A DNA stretch of 64,000 nucleotides, taken from Macrostomum lignano (taxonomy: Eukaryota). The number at the start of each line of letters is the position of its first letter. Position 1 is the first letter of the stretch. Positions 14,547 to 27,850 of this stretch are shown in pieces. The notes under the pieces are model-generated. The model did no database searches and was not told the origin of the DNA. It saw only the letters and a list, made by a program, of their open reading frames with translations. The translations under genes and the position numbers were made by a program. Location of the stretch: positions 718,286 through 782,285 of the forward strand of contig NIVC01000598.1 of assembly GCA_002269645.1 (NCBI GenBank), written 5' to 3'.

Positions 14547-17451
14547 GGGGAGAAGGAAAAGCCACAAGAACGCGGAGTCTTATTACACACAGTAGAAATC
14601 TAATTGATAGGCTCTGGCGGCACACCTGTAAACTGCTTAGCTAGTCAATATTGTGTCTGAGCACAGTAACACCCCTCGCCTTTGCGCCGCAAAATCTGTG
14701 TAGCCGAAGGCACATCAGGTTAGCTCCCACGACCCCCCCCAGCGGCCTCCCGCAGAGCCTGTAAAGCTGAACTGACAGCCCTGATTAATGACGCCTGGCA
14801 GGTAAGCAGCGCACCTCCTTTAGCTGCGCTGGCGGGCGGGAAAAGAAAGAAAGAAGAAAGGAGAGAGGATGAAGAATAAGGAGAAAAATAGCAAGAGGAA
14901 AACACAGGAGGAGCCTACGCGGCAGCTAGCCAGGATTGCGCGAAAACTCTTCACTCCTCAGAAGTGGGAAATTTTGCCGCCCCGTCTTTTCTCTGCTTTT
15001 TTATTTCTTTATTCTGCTTCTTCGTCTGGAACTCCGCGGCCGACAATTCGCGCTATTTTCCTAATAAATACGCGTGGCAAACTGCAACATTGGCGTAACT
15101 GCACCGAACTTTGGTAGCAGAGTTGCTAGGGTTGATGCAGTGGGCCGACGTCTGGTGTCTCTGAGTAGCCGGGCGGGTCTTAGGTTCAAAATAGCGATCT
15201 AGGAAGCCCCACAACCAAGGTGCCACGCGAATTACCAAGGCAAGGCCACAGCAGGTTCCTCCGAACACGGTTAAGAAGTGTGAACAGACAATATATCCCA
15301 AAGCCCACTGCAAACTACCTAATGAGTTACACGCTGTAAGAGTTACACGATACTATAGTTAATCCCAATACCTATCGAAGCGTGTCAGGCATTACTCCCC
15401 CATCGCTTTCCCAGTTTCCATGCGACTTTCTAGCAGTGCGAGATGCATTGGGCGGCCGAGATGATGGAAGGGACGGAGTGACTTGGCATAAATTGTTGCT
15501 CAATGATTACGCAATAGTTTGTTTAGATGGCAGTCCAGGCTGCTCTGCTAATGCTAGACTTGCTATACTTTGTCCAGCTAAAATTAGATGCATTTATACA
15601 GCAACGAGTCCTATGGGAAATAAAATGCTTGTCGCATTAGCTGAGCGACAGAGAAAGTTTCTGAAAATTTTAAAATTTTGTCAGCTGTGCGTGGTGCTTT
15701 TTAAAGGTTTAAGCTGACTGAGTCACTGGGAAGCTAGTAAACTACCTATAACACGCTTTGATTTCGAGTTGGCGAAGGCCTTTGAAAACGGCGAAAATAA
15801 TGAGCAGAGCCTCTTCTGAAGTTCTATGTGGCTTCACTATAAAAGCTGTCTGTTAAAGCTATCCATATCTCGTGCTGTGCTATTCCACCCATGGAACAAA
15901 TCAAAGTCGAAGCGAAGTTTTCGCTTGTCAACCAGATGAAGCCCGCTGATTTTCTGTGTACCAAAATCGATAAGGTTAGAAGAGACCCAGCCGTCTTGAG
16001 GTCGAAGTTGTGACGCAAGCGGGGAGTTGATGGGGCTTCGTTCGGTGGTAAAATTTGCATCGGATTTTAAGGTATCTGCGTGAGGCGACGGCACGATGAA
16101 GTGTGACACCGGAACGACCTGAAGTGCCATCTTGTGGAGCAGCCTATGTAGAATCTGATTTTGTAAGAACTGCGCATTTTTGCACAGCCATAGTAATTGA
16201 AAATCTTTCAGTCAGTTGCTCATCCGTCCAAAAATCAATAATTGGTTGGATTTGGCTGGATTAAGTCTGGGAATGATAGTGTTTTTTGTGGGATATATCC
16301 ATCTCCACGCAGAATGATAGAGAGGGACATTTTCTGCCTTTATAGATTGCCGCTCGTCACACTACCAGCCTCTGAATAGGATGAGGCATCGATTCCGTAT
16401 CAACCCAGAAACCTACTCTCTCTCTCCCTCTCTCGGGTTGCTCCTGGGGGGTCACTCTACTGCAGAGAGGCACGACACGCACCCAGTAGTGAGCCATTGC
16501 GGGGATTAATTCGCAATGTACTCAACCGAGCAGTCCTGATCATTGGTGCACAAAACAAGAAACTAATGTGGGTATATTTATATATGAGTATTTCTGTTTG
16601 TCTTTTCCATCAAATAGGTGAGTCCGGTGCGGTTATTTATAGGTAATTCACTGCGCACAGTGTCAGGACCCTGCATGGTCTACAAATTAATTACTTCCTG
16701 CTTCAGCTGGTCAACACACTTCCAGCTGCATTGAGTAACAAGGATACAAGCAGACGTATGCTTTATTTGCTTTTAAGGAGTTCCGACATCACTGATACTG
16801 ATACTCTAGCCATGCAAATTGCTAACCACAGCCAATTAGGTGTCTCGTCATTGTCTCATATGAGATTCCAAAATCTGCACACGGTGACCTTGGCTCACTG
16901 ACTCCGCCCCCCTCCCCCCGACGTCAGGGAAAGCTAAACATCGGATAAATTTATTAAATCTACAAAGTGGACAGGTAAAGAGGCGCTCCTTCATGATGTG
17001 TGCTCACCTGTCTTTTCAGGCTGAGCACACAACCTTAGCTCGGACTCAAGCCAAAGAGGGGAGGGATAAGAAAGTGAGACACTGAGCACATGTATGGGTA
17101 ATTAAGGAGTTGAAGACACGCATAAAATGAGAGGGACGGCGAGGCAGACAGAGAGAGTGGAAAGCAGATGCTTTAGGGAGGCTGCGGGCTAGGCCTGCTC
17201 AGATGGCTGTGATAAGCGGAAAAAGGGAAAATTAATTGCCCCTTCACCGCGACAACGTCCCAGAGCCAGAGCCAGTAAGGAACTGTCATGTTCCAGATTC
17301 TGACCGACCCTATTCGTGTTGCGTCTACTTTTAAAGGCCCCGAGAGTTTCGTCTTGCCGCCAATCTGACGCTGAGGGAAACGGACTCAGATTTTGAAAAA
17401 AGTTTTTATGCAATTTGGAGCGAGGAAGTTTGGACCGATTATTGGGGTAAT

Positions 17452-19105
17452 TTGAGGCGATTCTTGGGGTAATTTGGGGCGATTATTGGGGTAATTTGAG
17501 GCGATTCTTGGGGTAATTTGGGGCGATTATTGGGGTAATTTGAGGCGATTCTTGGGGTAATTTGGGGCGATTCTTGGGGTAATTTGGGGCGATTCTTGTA
17601 GTAACTTGGGGCGATTCTTGGGGTAACTTGGGGCGATTCTTGGGGTAATTTGAGGCGATTCTTGGGGTAATTTGGGGCGATTATTGGGGTAATTTGAGGC
17701 GATTCTTGGGTAATTTGGGGCGATTCTTGGGGTAATTTGGGGCGATTCTTGTAGTAACTTGGGGCGATTCTTGGGGTAACTTGGGGCGATTCTTGGGGTA
17801 ATTTGAGGCGATTCTTGGGGTAATTTGGGGCGATTATTGGGGTAATTTGAGGCGATTCTTGGGGTAATTTGGGGCGATTCTTGGGTAATTTGGGGCGATT
17901 CTTGTAGTAACTTGGGGCGATTCTTGGGGTAACTTGGGGCGATTCTTGGGGTAATTTGAGGCGATTCTTGGGGTAATTTGGGGCGATTCTTGGGGTAATT
18001 TGGGGCGATTCTTGTAGTAACTTGGGGCGATTCTTGGGGTAACTTGGGGCGATTCTTGGGGTAATTTGAGGCGATTCTTGGGGTAATTTGGGGCGATTCT
18101 TGTGGTAACTTAGGGCGATTCTTGGGGTAATTTGGGGCGATTCTTGGGGTAATTTGGGGCGATTCTTGGGGTAATTTGGGGCGATTCTTGTAGTAACTTG
18201 GGGCGATTCTTGGGGTAACTTGGGGCGATTCTTGGGGTAATTTGAGGCGATTCTTGGGGTAATTTGGGGCGATTATTGGGGTAATTTGAGGCGATTCTTG
18301 GGGTAATTTGGGGCGATTCTTGGGGTAATTTGGGGCGATTCTTGTAGTAACTTGGGGCGATTCTTGGGGTAACTTGGGGCGATTCTTGGGGTAATTTGAG
18401 GCGATTCTTGGGGTAATTTGGGGCGATTCTTGGGGTAATTTGGGGCGATTCTTGTAGTAACTTGGGGCGATTCTTGGGGTAACTTGGGGCGATTCTTGGG
18501 GTAATTTGAGGCGATTCTTGGGGTAATTTGGGGCGATTCTTGTGGTAACTTAGGGCGATTCTTGGGGTAATTTGGGGCGATTCTTGGGGTAATTTGGGGC
18601 GATTCTTGTAGTAACTTGGGGCGATTCTTGGGGTAACTTGGGGCGATTCTTGGGGTAATTTGAGGCGATTCTTGGGGTAATTTGGGGCGATTCTTGGGGT
18701 AATTTGGGGCGATTCTTGTAGTAACTTGGGGCGATTCTTGGGTAACTTGGGGCGATTCTTGGGGTAATTTGAGGCGATTCTTGGGGTAATTTGGGGCGAT
18801 TCTTGTGGTAACTTAGGGCGATTCTTGGGGTAATTTGAGGCGATTCTTGGGGTAATTTGGGGCGATTCTTGTGGTAACTTGGGGCGATTCTTGGGGTAAT
18901 TTGAGGCGATTCTTGGGGTAATTTGGGGCGATTCTTGTGGTAACTTAGGGCGATTCTTGGGGTAATTTGGGGCGATTCTTGTGGTAGCTTGGGGCGATTC
19001 TTGGGGTAATTTGAGGCGATTCTTGGGGCAATTTGGGGCGATTCTTGAGTTAATTTTAGGCGATTCTTGAGTTAATTTTAGGCGATTTTTGTGGTAATTT
19101 GAGGC
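17452..19105. repeat. 22-bp minisatellite (GGGCGATTCTTGGGGTAATTTG)
   Basis: Direct tandem copies with recurrent variants. Confidence 0.97.
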
Positions 19106-19782
19106 GGCTCCTGAGGTAACATTGAATGATTCTCATTAAAAAAACCAGCCATATTTTGTGAAATTTCAAGAAAATTCTTACGAGAATTGAAGCCAATCTC
19201 GAATACATGTACATGTAATGTTCCTCATTATTGAGTCAGAGCTACAGTTGCAGGCGGAGATTCTCAATGCTTTTTTTCATCGTTCCACAGATTTAAACTG
19301 TCGTTCTGAAAATGATTAAAAAATTGACTCACCATCATATTAGGAAGCGTGGTTTGACTCTTTGCTCAGTAGTTGTCAAGACGCCTGAACTCAAGACTGA
19401 TTCAACTTTGGTGGCTACACATTTTCAATGTGATGCTGATATGATGAAGAATCTGATGTGCACGGCAGCTAGAGACCTGTCAGTAGAGCGATCTAATAAA
19501 TACAAATAGCTGGGTGTCTGCCTGGACGGCGGGACTCGGTTATAAAACTTGCTAAAAATGAACCGAAGAGGGCGGCAAGCGCCAAGTCCATCTCCATCTC
19601 CGGATTGGCGGAGGCACCTGGCAACCAATGGGAAATCTCTATTAATAAATGCCTATAAATATCCGATAGGTACTACTTATTCAGTAAGTGTAATAAGTAG
19701 TATGTCTCACACTGGTGTTTGATGCGATTTAGAATTACACATTAGCCTGAATACTAAAAGTAGATTTGATTTTGTAGTGGTT

Positions 19783-21433
19783 TAAGACGACTCTTCAGGG
19801 TAGTTTGAGGCGACTCTTCAGAGTAGTTTGAGGCTAATCTTCAGGTTGGTTTGAGGCTAATCTTCAGGGTGGTTTGAGGCTAATCTTCAGGGTGGTTTGA
19901 GGCTAATCTTCAGGTTGGTTTGAGGCTAATCTTCAGGGTGGTTTGAGGCTAATCTTCAGGGTGGTTTGAGGCGAATCTTCAGGGTAGTTTGAGGCTAATC
20001 TTCAGGTTGGTTTGAGGCTAATCTTCAGGGTGGTTTGAGGCTAATCTTCAGGGTGGTTTGAGATGAATCTTCATGGTGATTTCAGGCGACTCTTCAGGGT
20101 AGTTTGAGGCGAATCTTCAGGGTAGTTTGAGGCGACTCTTCAGAGTAGTTTGAGGCGAATCTTCAGGTTGGTTTGAGGCTAATCTTCAGGGTGGTTTGAG
20201 GCTAATCTTCAGGTTGGTTTGAGGCTAATCTTCAGGGTGGTTTGAGGCTAATCTTCAGGTTGGTTTGAGGCTAATCTTCAGGGTGGTTTGAGGCTAATCT
20301 TCAGGGTGGTTTGAGATGAATCTTCATGGTGATTTCAGGCGACTCTTCAGGGTAGTTTGAGGCGAATCTTCAGGGTAGTTTGAGGCGACTCTTCAGAGTA
20401 GTTTGAGGCGAATCTTCAGGTTGGTTTGAGGCTAATCTTCAGGGTGGTTTGAGGCTAATCTTCAGGGTGGTTTGAGATGAATCTTCATGGTGATTTCAGG
20501 CGACTCTTCAGGGTTGTTTGAGGCGACTCTTCAGGGTAGTTTGAGGCGACTCTTCAGGGTAGTTTGAGGCTAATCTTCAGGGTGGTTTGAGATGAATCTT
20601 CATGGTGATTTCAGGCGACTCTTCAGGGTAGTTTGAGGCTAATCTTCAGGGTGGTTTGAGATGAATCTTCAGGGTGATTTCAGGCGACTCTTCAGGGTAG
20701 TTTGAGGCGAATCTTCAGGGTGGTTTGAGATGAATCTTCATGGTGATTTCAGGCGACTCTTCAGGGTAGTTTGGGGTGAATCTTCAGGGTGGTTTGAGGC
20801 GAATCTTCAGGGTGGTTTGAGGCTAATCTTCAGGTTGGTTTGAGGCTAATCTTCAGGGTGGTTTGAGGCTAATCTTCAGGGTGGTTTGAGATGAATCTTC
20901 ATGGTGATTTCAGGCGACTCTTCAGGGTAGTTTGAGGCGAATCTTCAGGGTGGTTTGAGGCGAATCTTGAGGGTGGTTTGAGATGAATCTTCATGGTGAT
21001 TTCAGGCGACTCTTCAGGGTAGTTTGAGGCGACTCTTCAGGGTAGTTTGAGGCGAATCTTCAGGGTGGTTTGAGATGAATCTTCATGGTGATTTCAGGCG
21101 ACTCTTCAGGGTAGTTTGAGGCGAATCTTCAGGGTGGTTTGAGATGAATCTTCATGGTGATTTCAGGCGACTCTTCAGGGTAGTTTGAGGCGAATCTTCA
21201 GGGTGGTTTGAGGCTAATCTTCAGGGTTTTTTGAGATGAATCTTCATGGTGATTTCAGGCGACACTTCAGGGTGGTTTGAGGCGAATCTTCATGGTGATT
21301 TCAGGCAACTCTTCAGGGTGGTTTGAGGCGACTCTTCAGGGTGATTTCAGGCGACACTTCAGGGTGGTTTGAGGCGAATCTTCATGGTGATTTCAGGCGA
21401 ATCTTCAGGGTGGTTTGAGGCTAATCTTCAGGG
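19783..21433. repeat. 23-bp minisatellite (GAGGCTAATCTTCAGGGTGGTTT)
   Basis: Direct tandem copies. Confidence 0.97.
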
Positions 21434-23017
21434 TAAAGAAGATAAAATCAAAGGAAAACAAAAGAAAAAAAATTAGGGAGTCAAAATTTCCCTAAAGGGA
21501 AATTTGGGAGTAGTAAATTTCCATGGAATTTAGTTTCAATAGCTCGTAGAAGATACCGACAAACCATTTTAGTATAGGTGGATGCATATACGAGCTATAT
21601 TTAAAACGCTTCTTCCATATTCCCACACGGGAGAATTTTCAACAGCCCTTCATTCACAACGGTATTTTTTCCTGAATCCAATCCATAGATATGCGACATC
21701 AGGTCTTTCCAGCCTCATCATCCTTCTCCTTGTCCTCATCCGAGACCCGGAATGCGCGATAATCAAAAGAGGCAGATGCAAGTGCCCGAATCGGCAAGTG
21801 CATTTTTCCATTCTTAAATAGCGATCGGGAGCCGGGGGATGCGGGGAAATGCAAGACCTCCTCCGCCTTCCCCTAACCAGATATAGGCGCCGGCAGGATG
21901 AAGCCCTTGAGTTTGAGTTGATGAGGCCCAGTGCAGCTATCAATCGGAAACTCTCGTCGCAAGCTAGAGGTGAGCGGGGCCGGGAACCCGTGGGAATCGA
22001 CAGGAGGCAACGACAAAGGAGAGGAAACGACAAAGGGGACGAGGAGACAACTGCAGCAGCAAGGGAACATAGGAACAAACGGGCACAAGGGCAATTTAAG
22101 CGAGCAAACGACCGATACCCTGCTTGCCATCGAGTTAACGATTTTGTCCGGAAAAAATGTTGAAATCAAGAGAGAAAGATAGGAATCCTCTTTAGACGAC
22201 GGCAAATGCGCACTTTTAATGAAGAATGGGACTGACAGGACTACAGGCTACACGACTCATTGGAGAAGCTTTGTGCTGTGCCATTTTTTATCCACCTGGA
22301 GGGGTAGTCCGTACGTCATTGTTTTTCCATTTACTTTTTCTCCAGCTTACTCGTACGTCAGTATAAGTCAGTATATAATGTTAGTTCCAATGATTTGATT
22401 AGCTGGAATTTTGTCATATAGACCAGTGCATTCAAGCCCCCCAGAAGCCAACTTGATTGCATCGTGTGCCTTGAGAGACTACGCCAGCCTATTCAGCTGT
22501 GTACTAACCGCGGCTAAATTTGCTTAACTTTCTGCGCTAGTACTGGGCTTAACGAAACATTCGCAGCTAATAAAGAAAAAAACCGTTAATAAGATGCGAT
22601 TATATACTAGTTCAGTGTCAGTGCATAATTATCAGTTCATATTTGAATTTCCACTCGTCAATATGAAAGTACATATTTATTTAGAATTGAATTAGGAACA
22701 CCGAACCAAATTTAATTATAATGGAGTAAAAACGGGTAACCAAAAATGAAAGTACGCACAATGTATTTTAGTACGCTTATAGATAATCTATTCTCTGAAT
22801 AAACGAACACAATGTTCTTTTTTGAATAAAAAAGCCGAGAAAAACCACAGGACAGTAGTTATAAACACTGGGTGGCTATGTACAGACACTAGCTATAATA
22901 GAGAATAACTTTAGCAAACAAATTGTACTTTTGCTAAGCCGATACAAAAGTTAACAAACTACGTACTTGTACTGGGAACATTATGCGAATTTGCGATTAA
23001 TAGTAGGCTTGCCATTG

Positions 23018-24907
23018 AGCCTGACTCTCTCCGCTCCCTCAGCCATTGAATCTGCCTCTCTCCGCCCCCTCAGCCATTGAATCTGCCTCTCTCCGCCCCC
23101 TCAGCCATTGAATCTGACTCTCTCCGCTCCCTCAGCCATTGAATCTGACTCTCTCTGCTCCCTCAGTCATTGAATCTGCCTCTCTCTGCTCCCTCAGTCA
23201 TTGAATCTGCCTCTCTCTGCTCCCTCAGTCATTGAATCTGCCTCTCTCTGCTCCCTCAGTCATTGAATCTGCCTCTCTCCGCTCCCTCAGCCATTGAATC
23301 TGACTCTCTCCGCTCCCTCAGCCATTGAATCTGCCTCTCTCCGCCCCCTCAGCCATTGAATCTGCCTCTCTCCGCTCCCTCAGCCATTGAATCTGACTCT
23401 CTCTGCTCCCTCAGTCATTGAATCTGCCTCTCTCTGCTCCCTCAGTCATTGAATCTGCCTCTCTCTGCTCCCTCAGTCATTGAATCTGCCTCTCTCTGCT
23501 CCCTCAGTCATTGAATCTGCCTCTCTCCGCTCCCTCAGTCATTGAATCTGACTCTCTCTGCTCCCTCAGTCATTGAATCTGCCTCCCTCCGCTCCCTCAG
23601 TCATTGAATCTGCCTCTCTCCGCTCCCTCAGTCATTGAATCTGCCTCTCTCCGCTCCCTCAGTCATTGAATCTGCCTCTCTCCGCTCCCTCAGTCATTGA
23701 ATCTGCCTCTCTCCTCTCCCTCAGTCATTGAATCTGCCTCTCTCCTCTCCCTCAGTCATTGAATCTGCCTCTCTCCGCTCCCTCAGTCATTGAATCTGCC
23801 TCTCTCCGCTCCCTCAGTCATTGAATCTGCCCCTCTCCGCTCCCTCAGTCATTGAATCTGACTCTCTCTGCTCCCTCAGTCATTGAATCTGCCTCTCTCC
23901 GCTCCCTCAGTCATTGAATCTGCCTCTCTCCCCTCCCTCAGTCATTGAATCTGCCTCTCTCCGCTCCCTCAGTCATTGAATCTGCCTCTCTCCGCTCCCT
24001 CAGTCATTGAATCTGCCTCTCTCTGCTCCCTCAGTCATTGAATCTGCCTCTCTCCGCTCCCTCAGTCATTGAATCTGCCTCTCTCCGCTCCCTCAGTCAT
24101 TGAATCTGCCTCTCTCCGCTCCCTCAGTCATTGAATCTGCCTCTCTCCGCTCCCTCAGTCATTGAATCTGCCTCTCTCCGCTCCCTCAGTCATTGAATCT
24201 GCCTCTCTCCGCTCCCTCAGTCATTGAATCTGCCTCTCTCCGCTCCCTCAGTCATTGAATCTGCCTCTCTCCGCTCCCTCAGTCATTGAATCTGCCTCTC
24301 TCCGCTCCCTCAGTCATTGAATCTGCCCCTCTCCGCTCCCTCAGTCATTGAATCTGACTCTCTCTGCTCCCTCAGTCATTGAATCTGCCTCTCTCCGCTC
24401 CCTCAGTCATTGAATCTGCCTCTCTCCCCTCCCTCAGTCATTGAATCTGCCTCTCTCCGCTCCCTCAGTCATTGAATCTGCCTCTCTCCGCTCCCTCAGT
24501 CATTGAATCTGCCTCTCTCCTCTCCCTCAGTCATTGAATCTGCCTCTCTCTGCTCCCTCAGTCATTGAATCTGCCTCTCTCCGCTCCCTCAGTCATTGAA
24601 TCTGCCTCTCTCCGCTCCCTCAGTCATTGAATCTGCCTCTCTCCGCTCCCTCAGTCATTGAATCTGCCTCTTTCCGCTCCCTCAGTCATTGAATCTGCCC
24701 CTCTCCGCTCCCTCAGTCATTGAATCTGCCTCTCTCCGCTCTCTGTCATTGAATCTGCCTCTCTCCGCTCTCAGTCATTGAATCTGCCTCTCTCCGCTTC
24801 CTCAGCCATTGAATCTGCCTCTCTCCGCTCTCAGTCATTGAATCTGCCTCTCTCCGCTCCCTCAGTCATTGAATCTGCCTCTCCGCTCCCTCAGTCATTG
24901 AATCTGC
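23018..24907. repeat. 31-bp minisatellite (CTCAGTCATTGAATCTGCCTCTCTCCGCTCC)
   Basis: Direct tandem copies, immediately downstream of VMA21. Confidence 0.97.
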
Positions 24908-24990
24908 TACGCATCGCCATACAAGGCAGCACATACATTTACTGAATAAATCAAGCACAGGTTACTAAGTACTGAATAATAAATAATTAT

Positions 24991-25404
24991 TTAGTCCTGT
25001 TTAGCAGCCGCATCGGGCACCTCTTTACCAGTGCCGCCCTCCCAGAAGGCGAAGAACACGAAACCGGCCAGGATGATGTGCACGGTAACCACGGCAACAA
25101 TGGCCGCGTAGATGTAGCTCTGACGCGGCGCGATAGACAGAAAGCCTAAATCAATTCGGAAATGCAAATACAATTTTTACTACTTTTAAGTAGGTAAAGA
25201 GTTTAAAAACGAAAAATTAAAATACCAACCTTCAAATAGAAGCGATTTAGTGATGAAGTACAGGGTAATAGGCAATACGATGAGCAGCAGGCTGAATGTG
25301 ATGAGCACTTTCGCTACTGTGCCCAGCTGCTGCTGCTGCTGACGAATCGCCTGCACGTCCGGCTGGAGGGCGCCGGGCCCGGCTGCTGCTAGTGGCTTCT
25401 GCAT
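24991..25404 (-). CDS. VMA21: V-ATPase assembly factor VMA21, 109 aa; exons 25404-25230 and 25145-24991
   Basis: Two hydrophobic helices (KVLITFSLLLIVLPITLYFITK and YAAIVAVVTVHIILAGFVFFAF), C-terminal KQD as in human VMA21, and an 84-bp GT-AG intron (GAAG/GTTGGT...TTTAG/GC) that preserves frame. Confidence 0.9.
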
Positions 25405-25473
25405 TGCGCTTAGGTAGGCTGGAATTGTGCAGCGGCGACTGCTGTGTAGCTGGGTGGGTGCAGAGGGCTGGGC

Positions 25474-25826
<353 letters not shown>

Positions 25827-26049
25827 TCAGTTTATTTTTATCTGGTAAAGCTGTTCATTAAGAACAAAGTACTATAGAAATAAATCAGAGATTTTTTATT
25901 AAAATGACATGATCAGAATAAAAATGGAATGCACAAGTTAACTATATCAAAGTTGAATCACAGTTTTATCAAAATTTGAGCAGATTATCTAAGAAAGTCA
26001 CTGAAAATCAAACATCACGCCCGCAGTAGATACTACTATCGCATAACTA

Positions 26050-27110
26050 CTAGTTATAGTGCAAATCGGCGGTTAGTTTTTGAAAAACCAACAAATCGCT
26101 AACCATAGCCGAGAAGAAATACTCCCTAGTGAGCTCGGGCTCCAGGCCGGCCGGTTTCGGATCGGCGGCGGCCAGAGCCGATTCAACTAGGTCAAGCAGC
26201 TGATCATCTGCGAGGTTGCCGCCCACGGTGGCGGATAGGAATCTAAATAGGCCGGCCCGCCGCACTCGACCAGTCTGGTGGGGGTCCAGCACGCGCCAGA
26301 GCAGGTCGCGTTTCTCCTGCACGCTGGCCTGGCTGGATAGCAGCCAGACTAACCTGACGAATCGGTCAACATCGAGGCGGCTGGTGGAGCCGGCGACGGC
26401 CTTGGCAGCGAGCGTAAGCAAACGATTGCCCTGCGGCAGATGGCGAGGGATATCAAGGGATGGTGACATAGTGAGATAGGACTTCAGTGAAGTCTCAAGA
26501 TTTCTCAGTGAAGAGATAGCATCTTGGGGTTAAGACACTATCTCTAGGGTGAGATAGAATCTTAGGGATGAGACAGGATCTATATGCGTGAGACAGGATC
26601 TATATGCGTGAGACAGGATCTTAAAGGTGAGACAGGATCTTAGGGTGACATAGGATTTTAGGTATGAGACAGGATCTTAGGAATAAGATAGAGTCTTAGG
26701 TATGAGACAGGATCTTAAAGTTTAGACAGGATCTTAGGGTGAGATAGGATCTTAGGTATGAGACAGGATCTTAGGAATGAGACAGGATATTCGGAATGAG
26801 ATAGGATCAGTATGAGTCAGTAAAAGGGGATCTCAAAATGAGCCATTAAGTATCTCAAGGGGAGTCAACAAAAGCATATCAGAGTGGAGACGGAATGCCA
26901 GACACCCAGCGAATACTTAAAGCGCACCTGCATTTCAGTGCATTTTCCAGCCAGATCTTCGTACCACACACCGGCAGTGTGGTTTCTGCTCCTATCCAAT
27001 TGGCGGTACTTGGCCAACACTTGGTTGACTTCCTCTTCCGTGTAGCTGCAGAACCGGCTGTAAGCCTGCAGCTGTTGAGGCGTTGCGCGAAACACGGAGT
27101 GACCTTCGGC
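26050..27110 (-). CDS. Divergent calcineurin-B-like EF-hand protein; exons 27110-26928 and 26430-26050; no in-frame ATG found
   Basis: The spliced translation AEGHSVF...CSYTEEEVNQVLAKYRQLD...EMQ/GNRLL...QEKRDLLWRVLDPHQTGRV...LFRFLSATVGGNLADDQLLDLV...FQKLTADLHYN* aligns by eye over the full length of calcineurin B (CSHFDADEIKRL...ELQQNPL...EQKLRFAFRIYD...MMVGNNLKDTQLQQIV...KKMVVDV). Splice sites are CAG/GTGCGC and CCGCAG/GGC, both phase 0. Confidence 0.8.
26470..26810. repeat. Degenerate minisatellite of about 20 bp (GAGACAGGATCTTAGG core), intronic
   Basis: Recurrent GAGACAGGATC motif inside the calcineurin-B-like intron. Confidence 0.8.
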
Positions 27111-27174
27111 CTGAAATTTGAATATTAAAATTTCTGCGATGCAAACATTGGAACTCAATCAATCTGTTCTTGAT

Positions 27175-27850
27175 GCTCTGCTGATTATCGAGAAAGGAAT
27201 TCCCATACTCTGCTGATTCTCAAGGGGGAATTCCCATGCTGTGCTGATTCTCAAGGGGGAATTCCCATACTGTGCTGATTCTCAAGGGGGAATTCCCCGC
27301 ATACTTTTCTAATTCTCAAGGGGGAATTCCCATACTCTGCTGATTCCCAAGGGGAATTCCGATACTTTTTTGATTCTCAAGGGAAAATTCACTTACTGTT
27401 GATTCTCAGGGGTATTCCTATACTTCTTAAAGGGGAATTCTCATACTCTGTTGATTCTCAAAGGGAAATTCAATTACTGTTGATTCTCAGGGGTATTCCC
27501 ATACTTTTTTTATTCTCAAGGGGGGAATTCCCCGCATACTTTTCTGATTCTCAAGGGGGAATTCCCATACTCTGCTGATCCCCAAGGGGGAATTCCGATA
27601 CTTTGTTGATTCTCAAGGGAAAATTCACTTACTGTTGATTCTCAGGGGTATTCCTATACTTTGTTTATTCTCAAGAGGGGAATTCCCCCCATACTTTGCT
27701 GATTCTCAAGGGGGAATTCTCATACTCGACTGATTCTCAGGGGCATTCACTTACTCTGTTGATTCTTAAGGGGGAATTAACTTACTGTTAATTCTCGGGG
27801 GGGGCGGGGTGAATTACCATACTCTTTTGATTATAAAAGGGAATTTCCAT
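27175..27850. repeat. Degenerate minisatellite of about 30 bp (CTGATTCTCAAGGGGGAATTCCCATACT core)
   Basis: Recurrent motif between COQ10 and the calcineurin-B-like gene. Confidence 0.85.

Noticed and set aside
13041-14644. Four ORFs of about 500 aa, including ATG-initiated MESRERRERR
   Set aside because: They arise because the 9-bp unit is stop-free in these frames; there is no unique coding flank or splice evidence.
15824-16130. 97-aa minus-strand ORF with a possible upstream acceptor
   Set aside because: No homology recognised; not supportable.
21582-22205. Cluster of overlapping ORFs downstream of the 31-bp array, a possible fifth operon gene or LINE relic
   Set aside because: No frame gave a recognisable protein.
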